64,000 bases of DNA from Candidatus Poribacteria bacterium (GCA_964291315.2 OZ219752.1:256001-320000), one strand, 5' to 3'; positions 30,661 through 42,432 are shown, numbered from the stretch's first letter. Notes: generated from the sequence alone by a model not told the origin. Program-made: numbers and translations.

Positions 30661-33213
30661 ATGGAGAACCACTCGTACGCCCCGGCGAAAATAGAGGCTT
30701 ACTGGCAGGCCGTGTGGCGAGAAAAAGAGGCATTTAAAATTTCGAACCATATTGAAACGTTAGAAACTAAGCCGAAATTTTATGTGCTTGGAATGTTTCC
30801 GTATACTTCTGGCGCGGGTCTTCATGTGGGGCATGCAAAAAATTATGTGCCAACCGATGTCATCGCAAACCTCCGGCGAATGCAGGGTTACCATGTAATG
30901 CATCCCATGGGCTGGGACGCTTTTGGGCTCCCCACGGAACGTTATGCAGTGCGCGAAAATGAACATCCAGTGGACATCACAAAACGGAATACGGAGACCT
31001 TCCAGCGGCAGATTGGACGCATCGGTCTCTCTTACGACTGGTCCCGCAAAATTGATACCTCCTTGCCCGAATATTATAAATGGACGCAATGGATTTTCCT
31101 CCGGCTCTATGAAAGGGGGCTTGCATATCTCGCCGAGGTCCCCGTCAATTGGTGTCCCGCCCTTGGTACTGTACTTTCAAACGAAGAGGTAAAGGAGGGT
31201 AAATATGTTGAAACTGGTGATCCCGTTGAACGCCGTCTCATGCATCAGTGGATGCTCAAAATTACGGCTTACGCAGAGCGCTTGTTAGATGACTTGGATC
31301 TATTGGATTGGCCCGAAGGGCTCAAAGAGATGCAGCGGCACTGGATCGGCAAATCGGAAGGTGCAGACATCATTTTCGATATCAAAGATAGCGACGAGAC
31401 CTTCACTGTCTTCACAACGCGTCCGGATACGCTTTTCGGGGCAACATATTGCGTGCTGGCCCCTGAACACCCGCTCGTTTCTGAAGTAACACACCCGGAT
31501 GCAGCGTCCACAGTTCAGGCTTACATTAAGGCGGCTGTCAATAAAACTGATCTACAGCGAACAGAGCTCGCCACTGAGAAGACAGGAGTCTTCACAGGTG
31601 CCTATGCTATCAATCCGTGTAACAATACGCCTATCCCAATTTGGGTTGCAGATTATGTCCTCATGACTTATGGCACGGGGGCTATTATGGCGGTTCCGGG
31701 GCATGATGGCCGTGACCACGAGTTTGCTTCAACTTTTGGCATTCCTATCGTTGAGGTTATCAGCGGTGGTGAAAAACCGATCGAAGAGGCCCCTTTTGAG
31801 GGAGAGGGTATCTGCGTGAACTCCGGATTCCTCAACGGCCTGCAGGTTAATGAGGCAAAAAAGAAAATGATAGAGTGGCTCGAAAGTAGATCGAGAGGAT
31901 CCGGGCAGGTTCAGTATCGTTTGCGAGATTGGCTCTTCTCACGGCAGCGTTATTGGGGGGAACCGTTTCCGCTTGTGCACCTTGAAGACGGCACGATTGT
32001 TCAATTGCCGGATGCAGAATTACCTATAGAGCTGCCTCAGATTGATGCTTACAAGCCGACAGCAGATGGTAGACCGCCCCTTGCTCGTGCAAATGAAGAA
32101 TGGTTGAAGGTGACACTTCCTGATGGCAGCGTTGCGACGCGGGAGACGAACATTATGCCGCAGTGGGCTGGCTCTTGTTGGTACTATCTCCGTTTCCTCG
32201 ATGCACACAACAGTGAAGTGCCTTTTGATACCGAGCTTGAACAATATTGGATGCCCGTAGATCTCTATATGGGTGGGGCTGAACATGCCGTTTTGCATCT
32301 GCTCTATGCCCGGTTTTGGCACAAAGTGCTTTACGATTGTGGGTTGGTATCTACGAAAGAACCGTTCCAAAGATTGCTCAACCAAGGCACAATTCTTGCC
32401 GAATCCTATCAAGACAACGCGGGTAAGTACTACTATCCGCATGAAGTTGAACATAATAACGGAAAAACGGTTGCCAAAGTCTCTGGTGTGCCGCTTGATG
32501 TACAAATGGAGAAGATGTCCAAATCCCGTTTTAACGTCATCAACTCCAACGGTGTTATTGACAAATACGGTGCTGATGCTCTTCGCTTATACCTGTTGTT
32601 TATTGGCCCGGTCACGGCGAGTACCCCGTGGCAAGATGCCGGGGTCGAAGGGGTCTACCGTTTCCTGCAACGCGTCTGGCGTCTCATTATTAATGAAGAT
32701 AACGGAAAATTGAATGCCAAACTCACCGACGCTGCTGGTAAAACCGAGTCTGAGCTCTGGCGGGAACTCCATCAGACAATCAAACAAGTAACGGAAGACA
32801 CGGAATCCATCGATAAAATGAATACAGCGATTAGCCAGATGATGATTTTTGTTAACACTGCAACCCGGGCGAAATCGCTGCCGAAAGAGACCTTGAAGGT
32901 GTTCTTGCATTTGCTCGCGCCTTATGCGCCGCACATTGCACAAGAGTTGTGGCATCGCCTGGGTGAAACGGGCTTCATCGCGCATGGGTGCTGGCCCACC
33001 TACGATGAAGCCGTGCTGACACCTACGACTGTAACGATAATCGCACAAGTTAACGGCAAGCTTCGTAACCGGCTCCAACTGCCTGCAGGTGTAACCGACA
33101 AGGAGATTGAAGAGGCAGCACTTGCGGACGAACGGATTCAGCGGTTCATAGAAGGCAAACCCATCCGGAAGGTTATCGTGGTACCGAATCGTCTTATCAA
33201 TATTGTTCTTTAA
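30661..33213 (+). CDS. leuS: leucine--tRNA ligase
   Basis: MFPY..GLHVGH, FTTRPDT, GGAEHA, KMSKS. Confidence 0.98.
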   Translation: MENHSYAPAKIEAYWQAVWREKEAFKISNHIETLETKPKFYVLGMFPYTSGAGLHVGHAKNYVPTDVIANLRRMQGYHVMHPMGWDAFGLPTERYAVRENEHPVDITKRNTETFQRQIGRIGLSYDWSRKIDTSLPEYYKWTQWIFLRLYERGLAYLAEVPVNWCPALGTVLSNEEVKEGKYVETGDPVERRLMHQWMLKITAYAERLLDDLDLLDWPEGLKEMQRHWIGKSEGADIIFDIKDSDETFTVFTTRPDTLFGATYCVLAPEHPLVSEVTHPDAASTVQAYIKAAVNKTDLQRTELATEKTGVFTGAYAINPCNNTPIPIWVADYVLMTYGTGAIMAVPGHDGRDHEFASTFGIPIVEVISGGEKPIEEAPFEGEGICVNSGFLNGLQVNEAKKKMIEWLESRSRGSGQVQYRLRDWLFSRQRYWGEPFPLVHLEDGTIVQLPDAELPIELPQIDAYKPTADGRPPLARANEEWLKVTLPDGSVATRETNIMPQWAGSCWYYLRFLDAHNSEVPFDTELEQYWMPVDLYMGGAEHAVLHLLYARFWHKVLYDCGLVSTKEPFQRLLNQGTILAESYQDNAGKYYYPHEVEHNNGKTVAKVSGVPLDVQMEKMSKSRFNVINSNGVIDKYGADALRLYLLFIGPVTASTPWQDAGVEGVYRFLQRVWRLIINEDNGKLNAKLTDAAGKTESELWRELHQTIKQVTEDTESIDKMNTAISQMMIFVNTATRAKSLPKETLKVFLHLLAPYAPHIAQELWHRLGETGFIAHGCWPTYDEAVLTPTTVTIIAQVNGKLRNRLQLPAGVTDKEIEEAALADERIQRFIEGKPIRKVIVVPNRLINIVL

Positions 33214-33279
33214 TCGTTGTTGGTCTTTAGTTGTCAGTGAATCAATAGTTAAAGCTGATAATGGAAAAAAATTACTTAT

Positions 33280-35049
33280 ATGACAAAAAATCGTGAAAAT
33301 ATAACAGGAGCAAACGTTTCGATCATTCCGTTGGGGGGCTTGGGTGAATTTGGGCTCAATATGATGGTGTACGAAACCGAGCGTGACCTTATCGTCATTG
33401 ATACCGGTTTCATGCTTCCAAGTTCAGATATGCCTGGTGTGGATCTGATATTCCCGGATATTCACTATCTCATTGAACGGCGAGAGAAGATACGCGGAAT
33501 CCTTTTAACACATGGACATGAGGACCACATCGGCGCTTTAGCCTACATCCTACGGCAATTAGATGTACCTGTCTACGGCACACAGCTTACACTCGCCATC
33601 GCAAGCGGCAGGCTGCGTGAATACGGCGTATTTGGCACAGCACAACTCAACACAATTGCCCCAGGCGACACGGTTGAATTGGGAGGCTTTTCTGCAGAGT
33701 TCATACACGTCACACACAGCATTCCAGATAGCGTGGCGATTGCCCTCCGCACCCCTATCGGTGTTATAGTTCATACGGGTGATTTCAAATTTGATATGAC
33801 CCCTGTCGATGGCAAGTTAAGTGATATTCAGACGTTCGCGCGCTTAGGAGCGGAGGGTGTCTTGATGCTCGTCTCTGATAGCACAAACGCCGAGTGGCCC
33901 GGGCAAACGCCCTCTGAACGGAGCATTTACGATACGATAGACAGTATTTTTCAGAAAACCGAGCAGAAGCTGTTTCTGTGTACCTTTTCCTCAAGTCTAC
34001 ACCGCATTCAGCAATTCATCAATCTTGCAGATACACATCGTCGTCTTGTTGCTGTCGCCGGACGTTCTCTTATAAATAACGTCCGCACGGCTTCTGAACT
34101 CGGGTATCTCAATCTTAATCCTGACTATCTTATTGATGCGCGCGATGTGTCTCTCTTTAAACCACACGAGGTCGTAATTTTAACGACCGGCAGCCAAGGT
34201 GAACCGCGTTCAGCACTCGCCTTGATGGCGCTTGATGATCACTCGTTTCTAAAGGTGGATCCAGGAGACACAGTGGTTATCTCTGCCCGGATTATCCCGG
34301 GGAACCAAAAGTCAGTTGGGAACGTGGTGAATCACTTGCTTAGGCGTGGTGCGAAAATATACCATGAACGTAATGCCAATGTACATGTTTCTGGGCACGG
34401 TGCAAGCGAAGATTTGAAATTAATGATTAATCTTTTGCAACCCAAATTCTTTATGCCGATGCACGGTGAATACCAAAACCTGATGCGGCATGCCGAACTC
34501 GCTGAATCTGTCGGTATACCGAGCGAAAACATCAAGGTTGCTGAAGACGGTGAACGTATTCATCTGACACCTGAAACGTGTGAGGTTTTTGGACGCAAAG
34601 GACGCTCCGGACGCGTTCTTGTTGACGGAAAGCCAGAAATCGAACTTGAGGACATTGTCTTGCGGGACCGTATCCAACTCTCCGAGGACGGTATCCTCAT
34701 TCCTATTATCGTTCTACAGAGTGATACAGAGGCAGCTAGCAATCAAGAGTCAGGTGTTGAACAAAAACGGGCTGCGACGGAAGAAAACGCCCTTGACACT
34801 GATAACGGGCTGCCGATAACCGATCCACAGATAGAAATTATCTCACGAGGATTCGTCTATATGAAGGAATCAGAAGAGTTGATGGAAGAAGCAAAAAAAA
34901 TCACGCTCCGCATCATCGAAAATCTCAGCGCTGAGCAGAAGCAAGAAACGGAGATAGTCCAAGACGAGATCCGAGGCACGCTTCGCCAATTTTTCTCAAA
35001 ACAGATGCAACGGACACCGATCATTTTTCCTGTTGTTATGAGGGTCTAA
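33280..35049 (+). CDS. rnj: ribonuclease J
   Basis: LGGLGEFG, THGHEDH, DSTNA, GSQGEP, HVSGH. Confidence 0.97.
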   Translation: MTKNRENITGANVSIIPLGGLGEFGLNMMVYETERDLIVIDTGFMLPSSDMPGVDLIFPDIHYLIERREKIRGILLTHGHEDHIGALAYILRQLDVPVYGTQLTLAIASGRLREYGVFGTAQLNTIAPGDTVELGGFSAEFIHVTHSIPDSVAIALRTPIGVIVHTGDFKFDMTPVDGKLSDIQTFARLGAEGVLMLVSDSTNAEWPGQTPSERSIYDTIDSIFQKTEQKLFLCTFSSSLHRIQQFINLADTHRRLVAVAGRSLINNVRTASELGYLNLNPDYLIDARDVSLFKPHEVVILTTGSQGEPRSALALMALDDHSFLKVDPGDTVVISARIIPGNQKSVGNVVNHLLRRGAKIYHERNANVHVSGHGASEDLKLMINLLQPKFFMPMHGEYQNLMRHAELAESVGIPSENIKVAEDGERIHLTPETCEVFGRKGRSGRVLVDGKPEIELEDIVLRDRIQLSEDGILIPIIVLQSDTEAASNQESGVEQKRAATEENALDTDNGLPITDPQIEIISRGFVYMKESEELMEEAKKITLRIIENLSAEQKQETEIVQDEIRGTLRQFFSKQMQRTPIIFPVVMRV

Positions 35050-35156
35050 AATGCAACTCAATTGTTTATAATTTAACTTTTTCTTTAAATCTGACTGAAC
35101 TAATATACAAAAGCGCGAAACGCGCACAATAAATTTGAAACAAGGAGCACGTTGAC

Positions 35157-36305
35157 ATGAAACTATTTACATCTCTCATCACAGTCATTACTTTGACAAT
35201 AGGTCTCTCCGCTTGTGAACGAATAGCGTCAGTTACCCAACCTGTCACACCTCAAATAGAAGATACGAGCAGCGAATTTTCCATTGGCGTTGCTTTGCCT
35301 TTAACGGGGCCTTTGGGAACTGTCGCTGAACGCATGAAACAAGGGCTTGATCTCGCCCTCAGCGAAATTAACAACGAGCAATCCAACAATATCAGATTCA
35401 AGTTCATCGTAGAGGATACTGCCAGCACCCAGGAAGGGGCGGTTCAAGCTTTCAATAATTTGATTCACCAAGAGGGGGTCTCTGTGATTCTGGGGCCCAC
35501 GTCCTCAAGTGCAACCCAGGTCGCTTTTCCGATTGCACAAGAGAATCAGGTTGTAGCGGTTAGCCCGTCAGCGGGGGCTCGCGGGCTTAGTGAAATTGGC
35601 GATTTCGTCTTCCGCACCCCTATTACGACAGGTGTTGTAGTGCGACAAGGTGTCGAGACAACATACGCCAAGCTCGGCTATCAACGCGTTGCTACGTTGT
35701 TCGACGAAACCGATCTTTTCTCTAAGGACAGAGAAAGTGCGTTGCAGGAAGCGTTCGCTGCAAGAGGTATTGAGGTGCTAACCACAGAGGTTTTCCAGAG
35801 CAACGCTACAGATTTTACTGCACAATTGACCCGGATAAAGGAGCTCAACCCGGATGCTATCTTTGTTTCTGCGTTACCTCCGGACAAACCAGAAATACTG
35901 ATCCAAGCCGATCGACTCGGTATATCTGCCCCGATTGTTATCAGCTCATTAACCAATATTGAGCTAGAGGCCGCAGGGGCTGCCGCCGAAGGGGCGATAA
36001 CGTTCATAGGCTGGCTCAGCACAGACGAAACTCCTGGCAATCAAGCCTTCGTCCAACGTTATATCGAGACTTTTGGCATACAACCCAACGGTTTCACAGC
36101 TTTTTCGTACGTGACGCTCTACGTTTTAACGGAGGCAATCAAGAACGCTGCATCCCCCGATTCAGCATCAATTCGAGATGCCTTGGCGGCTATTAAAGAC
36201 TTTGACACAATTGTCGGGAAGTTTTCCTTTGATGCCGTCGGAAATGGTGTCTATGACATGAAGGCGCTCATAGTGAAAGACGGTGCATTCCAGGCCTTCG
36301 AGTGA
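35157..36305 (+). CDS. branched-chain amino acid ABC substrate-binding lipoprotein (Liv type)
   Basis: LSAC lipobox; IG..LPLTG, DFTAQL, G.FSFD..G. Confidence 0.88.
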   Translation: MKLFTSLITVITLTIGLSACERIASVTQPVTPQIEDTSSEFSIGVALPLTGPLGTVAERMKQGLDLALSEINNEQSNNIRFKFIVEDTASTQEGAVQAFNNLIHQEGVSVILGPTSSSATQVAFPIAQENQVVAVSPSAGARGLSEIGDFVFRTPITTGVVVRQGVETTYAKLGYQRVATLFDETDLFSKDRESALQEAFAARGIEVLTTEVFQSNATDFTAQLTRIKELNPDAIFVSALPPDKPEILIQADRLGISAPIVISSLTNIELEAAGAAAEGAITFIGWLSTDETPGNQAFVQRYIETFGIQPNGFTAFSYVTLYVLTEAIKNAASPDSASIRDALAAIKDFDTIVGKFSFDAVGNGVYDMKALIVKDGAFQAFE

Positions 36306-36333
36306 CCTTTGCTATTGAGAGAAGAGGCAAACC

Positions 36334-37737
36334 ATGAAAACACAAACGATGTATGAAAAGATATGGAACGCACATCTCGTTCGTGCTGCTGCAGACGAGG
36401 TTCCGATGCTCTATATCGACACACACCTCGTCCACGAAGTCACCTCCCCGCAGGCATTTGAGGGATTGCGGCTCAATAACCGAAAGGTACGCCGTCCTGA
36501 TCTGACGTTTGCGACTATGGATCATAACGTACCGACAACAGACAGATCGCTGCCGATTACCGATCTGATTGCCGCGAAACAGATGGAAACACTTGCAGAG
36601 AATTGTGCTGAGTTCGGCATTCCGCTCTATGATATTAATAGCCCCGAACAAGGAATCGTTCATGTCATCGGCCCGGAACTCGGCATTACACAGCCTGGCA
36701 AAACCATCGTCTGTGGTGATAGCCACACCTCGACGCACGGGGCTCTCGGGGCCCTGGCGTTCGGCATCGGTACCAGCGAGATTGAGCACGTCCTCGCCAC
36801 ACAGTGCCTCTTGCAACAGAAGTCACGCACCTTTGAAATTCGAATAGATGGCAGACTGCCCGATGGGGTGACTGCCAAGGACATTATTCTCTCTATTATC
36901 GGACACATCGGCATTGATGGCGGCAACGGTACGGTCGTCGAGTACACAGGTTCTACCATTCGTACTCTTAGCATAGAGGAGCGGATGACAGTTTGCAACA
37001 TGTCGATTGAAGCAGGCGCGCGCGCAGGCATGATTGCACCTGACGACACTACCTACGAATACATAGCGGGTAGACGTTTCGCCCCGGCAGGCGAGGCCTT
37101 CGACGCAGCAGTTGAACGCTGGCGCCAACTGCCCACTGATGAAGACGCAACCTACGATCGGAGCTTGCTGCTCAATGCAGCGGACATTGCACCCCAGGTG
37201 ACATGGGGAACAAACCCGGGGATGGTCACCGATGTAACAGGGCGCGTTCCGGACCCCGCAGAGATGCCGACAGCGGATGAAAAGAGCGCTGCTGAACATG
37301 CCTTGGAGTATATGGACCTCAAGCCCGGTACTCCAATTACAGATATTCCCGTGGACAGGGTCTTTATTGGCAGCTGCACCAACTCCCGCATCAGCGATTT
37401 GCGCGCTGCTGCCGGAATTGCGAAGGGCAGGAAGGTTAGAGAGAACATCAGCGCTATGGTTGTTCCTGGTTCACAAGCCGTCAAACGCCAAGCCGAAGCG
37501 GAAGGGCTTGACAAGATTTTCCGGGAGGCGGGGTTTGAATGGCGCGAGGCTGGTTGTAGCATGTGCCTCGGTATGAATCCTGATACGTTGATGCCGGGAC
37601 AACGCTGTGCCAGCACATCAAACCGGAATTTTGAAGGCAGACAAGGCAAAGGCGGGCGCACACATCTAGTCAGCCCGCAGATGGCTGCTGCGACTGCAGT
37701 AACAGGGCATTTCGTCGACATCCGAACGTTTCAGTAG
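36334..37737 (+). CDS. leuC: 3-isopropylmalate dehydratase large subunit
   Basis: [28 protein letters not shown]. Confidence 0.98.
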   Translation: MKTQTMYEKIWNAHLVRAAADEVPMLYIDTHLVHEVTSPQAFEGLRLNNRKVRRPDLTFATMDHNVPTTDRSLPITDLIAAKQMETLAENCAEFGIPLYDINSPEQGIVHVIGPELGITQPGKTIVCGDSHTSTHGALGALAFGIGTSEIEHVLATQCLLQQKSRTFEIRIDGRLPDGVTAKDIILSIIGHIGIDGGNGTVVEYTGSTIRTLSIEERMTVCNMSIEAGARAGMIAPDDTTYEYIAGRRFAPAGEAFDAAVERWRQLPTDEDATYDRSLLLNAADIAPQVTWGTNPGMVTDVTGRVPDPAEMPTADEKSAAEHALEYMDLKPGTPITDIPVDRVFIGSCTNSRISDLRAAAGIAKGRKVRENISAMVVPGSQAVKRQAEAEGLDKIFREAGFEWREAGCSMCLGMNPDTLMPGQRCASTSNRNFEGRQGKGGRTHLVSPQMAAATAVTGHFVDIRTFQ

Positions 37738-37820
37738 AAGGCGTGGCGCGGAGGCTGCAAGATCGGAAGTTCTCTTTTGCGATCCGCCCAATAATCTCAA
37801 TATAAGAAGGAAACAAAGAA

Positions 37821-38411
37821 GTGGAAGCATTCAAGGAACACGTCGGACGTGTCGTCCCACTCGATCGAATTAATGTTGATACCGACCAGATTATCCCGAA
37901 GCAATTTCTAAAAAGGATTGAACGGACTGGCTTCGGTAAATTTCTCTTCAATGATTGGCGTTATCTAGAAAGCGGTGAATCGAACCCAGCATTTGTTCTC
38001 AACCTTCCGCGCTACGCCGGGGCCAGCATTCTTATTGCGGGTGCCAATTTCGGCTGTGGAAGTTCGCGTGAGCATGCACCGTGGGCACTCCAGCAGTATG
38101 GTTTCAAAGCAATTCTGGCCCCCTCATTCGCTGACATCTTCCGCAACAACTGCTATAAGAACGGCGTTCTCCCGATAGTTCTACCGGTTGACGTTATCGC
38201 CTCGCTTAGCCAAGAAGTGCGCGACACCGATGGCTACCGGTTGATGATAGACCTGGAGGAACAATCGGTGATCTGCCCTGATGGCACCACACACGCTTTT
38301 GAAATTGGCGACTTTGAGAAGTACTGTCTGTTGAACGGCCTTGATGACATCGGTTGGACCTTGCAATATGAAGCAGACATCGCTGCATATGAAAATCAGA
38401 CCGGCTCATAG
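37821..38411 (+). CDS. leuD: 3-isopropylmalate dehydratase small subunit
   Basis: [24 protein letters not shown]. Confidence 0.98.
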   Translation: MEAFKEHVGRVVPLDRINVDTDQIIPKQFLKRIERTGFGKFLFNDWRYLESGESNPAFVLNLPRYAGASILIAGANFGCGSSREHAPWALQQYGFKAILAPSFADIFRNNCYKNGVLPIVLPVDVIASLSQEVRDTDGYRLMIDLEEQSVICPDGTTHAFEIGDFEKYCLLNGLDDIGWTLQYEADIAAYENQTGS

Positions 38412-38417
38412 ACATCA

Positions 38418-39827
38418 CTACTCGAAAAGCAGCTTGGTCCGAAACTCCCCGAAGGCAGCAATTCCTCCGGTATAAAATAGCACTGCCAACGGAATCAACA
38501 CCCAAATGGAGAGGTACCCCTTCAGTAAGGTTAAGCTGATACCCATCACAGCGGAGAGGAAAACTGCTTTCACAAGTGTCAGAAGTATAGGGAGCGTTTC
38601 GCGGGGTTTAACAATATTTCTTGAGATATAGCCGACCCCCAAGACAAGTAGGTACACTTCACTCATAACCATCGCTATCGCTGCCCCGACATGGTTAAAC
38701 CGTGGAATCAAAAATAAGTTCAGACAGATATTGAGGAGTGCAGTTGTTCCCATCAGTACCGAAAAAGCACGGCGTTTGTCGGTGGCGCGTAGCACCGCCA
38801 ATACTGCTGTTGTTACAAAGATCAGTCCGCCAGCCCAGCTCAGCCAGTGTAGTGTTTTTGCCGCCTTGCCTATTTCCAATATTGCTGTGATTTCTGAAGA
38901 TAGTGTTGAAAGTCCGACTGCAAACGGAAGTCCACTCAGCACCATCCACCGCATGCCGAAGGTGTATACGGCTGGAAACCGATCTTTCTCTCGTTCCCAG
39001 GTACGGGATAGCACGGGAAACATTGCTCCCATCATAAATGCCCCGGGTAAAATTGTGAGAGCGTTGACGATGGTATATGCCAAGCCATACCAGGTATTAG
39101 CATCTACACCGTCCGGGCTCAGCTTTGATATTAGGATCGCATCAACCCGAAAGTAGAGGAGATTGAAGAGGTTACCAATGGCAAATGGTAGTGCTTGCTG
39201 CATCAGCGTTCTAACAATTTCTCGACTCGGTTGGAACGCGAGCGGTGTGAAGCGCCCTCGAGTGAGTGCGACACTCAAAAGCAGGTTAACAGAGCCTGCT
39301 ATCAACATTGCGTGACAGACTCTGATCAATCCGTAGTCGAGAAGGATCGCGCCGCCTGCAAAGAGCAGAAACACCCCTCGTTCGGCAATTACGGTCAACG
39401 CTTCATACTTCAGTTTCTCGTGTGCGCGAAAGACACAGCGATACAGCTGCGCGAAGGAATTCACAATCTCTGCTAGTCCTAAGAAGAGTATCATCTCTAC
39501 GATTCTCGGGGTATAGAGGAATACACCGCTAACAACCATGATACCGTAGGCGGTGATTGACAGAAGGCAACGGACAATCAAAGCGTTGCCTAGGTAATGC
39601 CGCGTCTGTTGCAGGTGGAGTGTCATTTCCCGCACGAGCGGATTTTGCATGCCGAGCTCCGTTAGACTCGCGATCAAGTTAGTGAGGGCAAGTGCAACAA
39701 AATAGCCGCCGAGTTCGCTTTCTGCGAAATAACGGGGCATTAGCCAGATCGTTATCACAAGCGACCCGAGGCGACTGATAAGGTGGCCACCAAAAAGTGA
39801 AGACGTGTTTGTAAAAATACGATTCAT
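38418..39827 (-). CDS. polysaccharide flippase (Wzx-like)
   Basis: 12+ TM helices; polysaccharide-biosynthesis exporter pattern. Confidence 0.88.
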   Translation of the reverse strand: MNRIFTNTSSLFGGHLISRLGSLVITIWLMPRYFAESELGGYFVALALTNLIASLTELGMQNPLVREMTLHLQQTRHYLGNALIVRCLLSITAYGIMVVSGVFLYTPRIVEMILFLGLAEIVNSFAQLYRCVFRAHEKLKYEALTVIAERGVFLLFAGGAILLDYGLIRVCHAMLIAGSVNLLLSVALTRGRFTPLAFQPSREIVRTLMQQALPFAIGNLFNLLYFRVDAILISKLSPDGVDANTWYGLAYTIVNALTILPGAFMMGAMFPVLSRTWEREKDRFPAVYTFGMRWMVLSGLPFAVGLSTLSSEITAILEIGKAAKTLHWLSWAGGLIFVTTAVLAVLRATDKRRAFSVLMGTTALLNICLNLFLIPRFNHVGAAIAMVMSEVYLLVLGVGYISRNIVKPRETLPILLTLVKAVFLSAVMGISLTLLKGYLSIWVLIPLAVLFYTGGIAAFGEFRTKLLFE

Positions 39828-39934
39828 CTCATTGATATGTTTTGTCCTTCTAGTTTTAGCGGGGTTAGCGGCGTTGAAAAATAAAAAGGTTGGTACAGTC
39901 CCAACATCCTCAGCTGACCTCTGAGAGTCAACAA

Positions 39935-40615
39935 CTAATATAGTCCAACTCTAACGTAGTTCGGCACTAGGGTCCAATAACTATCCGTGTCGTCCTCTTG
40001 CAAGCGTTGCGCGCCCAGAGAAGCGATAGTTGCCCCGCGCGGAACGTTGAAGATAGGGTCTGCAAAGTGCACTTGCTTCCCGAGGGTTTCTCGAACCGCG
40101 TTGCCGTATCTGATCAGACCGTCTCCAACGAAATGAATGGCGCGATCTGAAGAGTTTTTCTCTTTAATACACGCTAAGAATGCATCGATCGGCAAGCAGA
40201 TGTCCTCGTTGAGACGTTGCCATTTTGTGCCGCCTTCAAAGATCGCCCCGTAGATTTCACTGCGCCGGGCGTCAAGCAGTGGGCAGATAACACCGGGCGA
40301 GCATCGGAGGTTATAAGCAATCGCCTCCAAGGTTGAAACCCCCACGATCGGTTTGTCAACAGCGTAGCAGATAGATTTAATTGTCGCAACACCGATACGG
40401 ACTCCGGTAAACGACCCAGGTCCAATACCGACAGCACACCCATCTAAATCGTCGACTGTAATGTTGCCCCACTTCAGCACGTTATCAATTGCGGGCATCA
40501 GTCTGGAAGAGTGTGCTTGGACAACGTTGAGCGTGTGTTCTGCGATGAGCTGGTCGCTGTCTATGAGAGCCACGCTACCAATGGGGGTTGAGGTATCAAC
40601 ACCTAAAATCTTCAT
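39935..40615 (-). CDS. tsaB: tRNA threonylcarbamoyladenosine biosynthesis protein
   Basis: ILGVDTS, GPGSFTGVRIG, DARRSE. Confidence 0.96.
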   Translation of the reverse strand: MKILGVDTSTPIGSVALIDSDQLIAEHTLNVVQAHSSRLMPAIDNVLKWGNITVDDLDGCAVGIGPGSFTGVRIGVATIKSICYAVDKPIVGVSTLEAIAYNLRCSPGVICPLLDARRSEIYGAIFEGGTKWQRLNEDICLPIDAFLACIKEKNSSDRAIHFVGDGLIRYGNAVRETLGKQVHFADPIFNVPRGATIASLGAQRLQEDDTDSYWTLVPNYVRVGLY

Positions 40616-40810
40616 TCAATTTCAATTTTTACTAATCAACAGTCACATTTTTATTTTCTAGCTTTGCCCAAGCAACCCGTTTAAAAAAGTCAACAGCAAA
40701 TTGCAAAAATTCTGCATCGAGTAGGGTCACGATTTCGGAACGGTAATCTTGCCCTGTGAGAAGCTTGCGAATGATATTTTTAATAACGATACCAGCCAGA
40801 GTCATAGGCG

Positions 40811-42214
40811 TTAATTCCTTTCCGCAAGTTCCGACTTTAATTCAGTCAGCGAGACTACTTGAGGTTTTGTCTGCGTGAATAAGGCAGAATCGAGCAGCTG
40901 TTTTGCGCGTTCAACATATTCAGTTTCTTTTTCACAGAGAAGAAAGTAGCGTTCAAGCATGAGCGCCACCTGTCCGACCGCTCCACTACCGCCGAATGGA
41001 TCAAAGACAAGGTCACCTTTAAACGAATAAAACCGTATGACCCGCATCGCCAATTCAGCCGGGAATACTGCCGGATGCACTTTATCCGTTGCAGGATTAA
41101 TATGCCATAGGTTCGTTTTTTCGTAGTCTCCCATTACTCTACTTGCGGTAACAGTTTCGTCATCGTATTGACGGATATTCCAATCAATCAGCTTATCTGT
41201 CTTTTTACGGTACACCATAACGTTTTCAGTGACGGCATTTGCCTTGTACGCCAATGGTTTCCGATGTTGAAAGAATCCGCCATTTCGATTTTTGGCTGCG
41301 TAGTCTGGTTTCGTCCAAACGATGTCGTCTATGAATTCCCATCCTATGCCGGTAAGGCGCGGGTGTATATCGTAGGGGATAGCATACCGCCTGCTGGCAT
41401 GTGCTCGGCTAATGCGAGGCACGATAACCGGCGATGTATTCAACACAAGGAACCGGCCCTCTTTGGTAATGCGATGCGTTTCCTTAAAAACAGCAGTTAG
41501 GAAGTCTAGATATGCCTCATAACTTTGATAAATTGTGTAATCACGAGCATTGTAATAGGGCGGCGATGTAAAAGTGAGATGAATGGACTCCCCCGGAATG
41601 AGTTTTAAGGCATCTTGCACGTCGGCACAAACAACCACGTTTTTAAGCGTATCTGGGCTTGTAGAATGATGGGGCTCTTTTTTTGGGTTTTGCGATTTTG
41701 CTCTTCTGTTTTTGTTTTTAATTTCACTGTTAAAATGCTCTCGAATTAGTTCGTTTGGGTGTTCGCATAGTGACTCTAACGCTGCTTGGACTTCAGGTTT
41801 TTCCTTGAAGTAGAGCAGGCCTCGGAGTCCTTGTAAAACAACTTTCGGATCGATATCAGTGAGGAATTCTGTCAAAATCGGTATTGCTTTCTGAGTTCTC
41901 ATGCGCCCGATAGCAGAAATCGCCTCACGGCGGACAAGCGTGTTTTGTTCGGTTTTAGCAAACGTGGAGAGTCTGTCTAACAAATTTTCATCTTTCAACT
42001 TCGCCATGTTCTTTATTGCAAGGCACCGGATTTTCGGGTTTGAGTGGCTGATTAAGGGCATCAGCAATTCTCTATCGAACCAATCTGGCAATTTGCCGAG
42101 GTTTTTAAGCGTAAAAAGTAGGTATTGCTCCTCGTTTGCCGGTGAGAGAGCGGTTCTGAAAAATGGGGAGTGCGGTTCTAATTTCTCTTGTTCAATATCC
42201 GCTTTAGTTAACAT
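40811..42214 (-). CDS. HEAT-repeat domain fused to beta-class N4/N6 DNA methyltransferase
   Basis: N-terminal HEAT repeats; TSPPY, HPAVFP, DPFGGSG. Confidence 0.88.
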   Translation of the reverse strand: MLTKADIEQEKLEPHSPFFRTALSPANEEQYLLFTLKNLGKLPDWFDRELLMPLISHSNPKIRCLAIKNMAKLKDENLLDRLSTFAKTEQNTLVRREAISAIGRMRTQKAIPILTEFLTDIDPKVVLQGLRGLLYFKEKPEVQAALESLCEHPNELIREHFNSEIKNKNRRAKSQNPKKEPHHSTSPDTLKNVVVCADVQDALKLIPGESIHLTFTSPPYYNARDYTIYQSYEAYLDFLTAVFKETHRITKEGRFLVLNTSPVIVPRISRAHASRRYAIPYDIHPRLTGIGWEFIDDIVWTKPDYAAKNRNGGFFQHRKPLAYKANAVTENVMVYRKKTDKLIDWNIRQYDDETVTASRVMGDYEKTNLWHINPATDKVHPAVFPAELAMRVIRFYSFKGDLVFDPFGGSGAVGQVALMLERYFLLCEKETEYVERAKQLLDSALFTQTKPQVVSLTELKSELAERN

Positions 42215-42307
42215 TTTCTACTAATGGCTCCTTCTAAATGTTCACATTGGTATTTAACGAGGGAATGCCCTGGTTTTTCAACATTTTTCTGAGAATTGCG
42301 ATTTTTC

Positions 42308-42336
42308 TTGCATTCTCTGAAGAAGTGTGATATAAT
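42308..42336 (+). promoter_or_regulatory. tRNA promoter
   Basis: TTGCAT-17-TATAAT with TGn. Confidence 0.75.
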
Positions 42337-42354
42337 TACTGGCAGTAATCGATT

Positions 42355-42427
<73 letters not shown>

Positions 42428-42432
42428 TCTTT

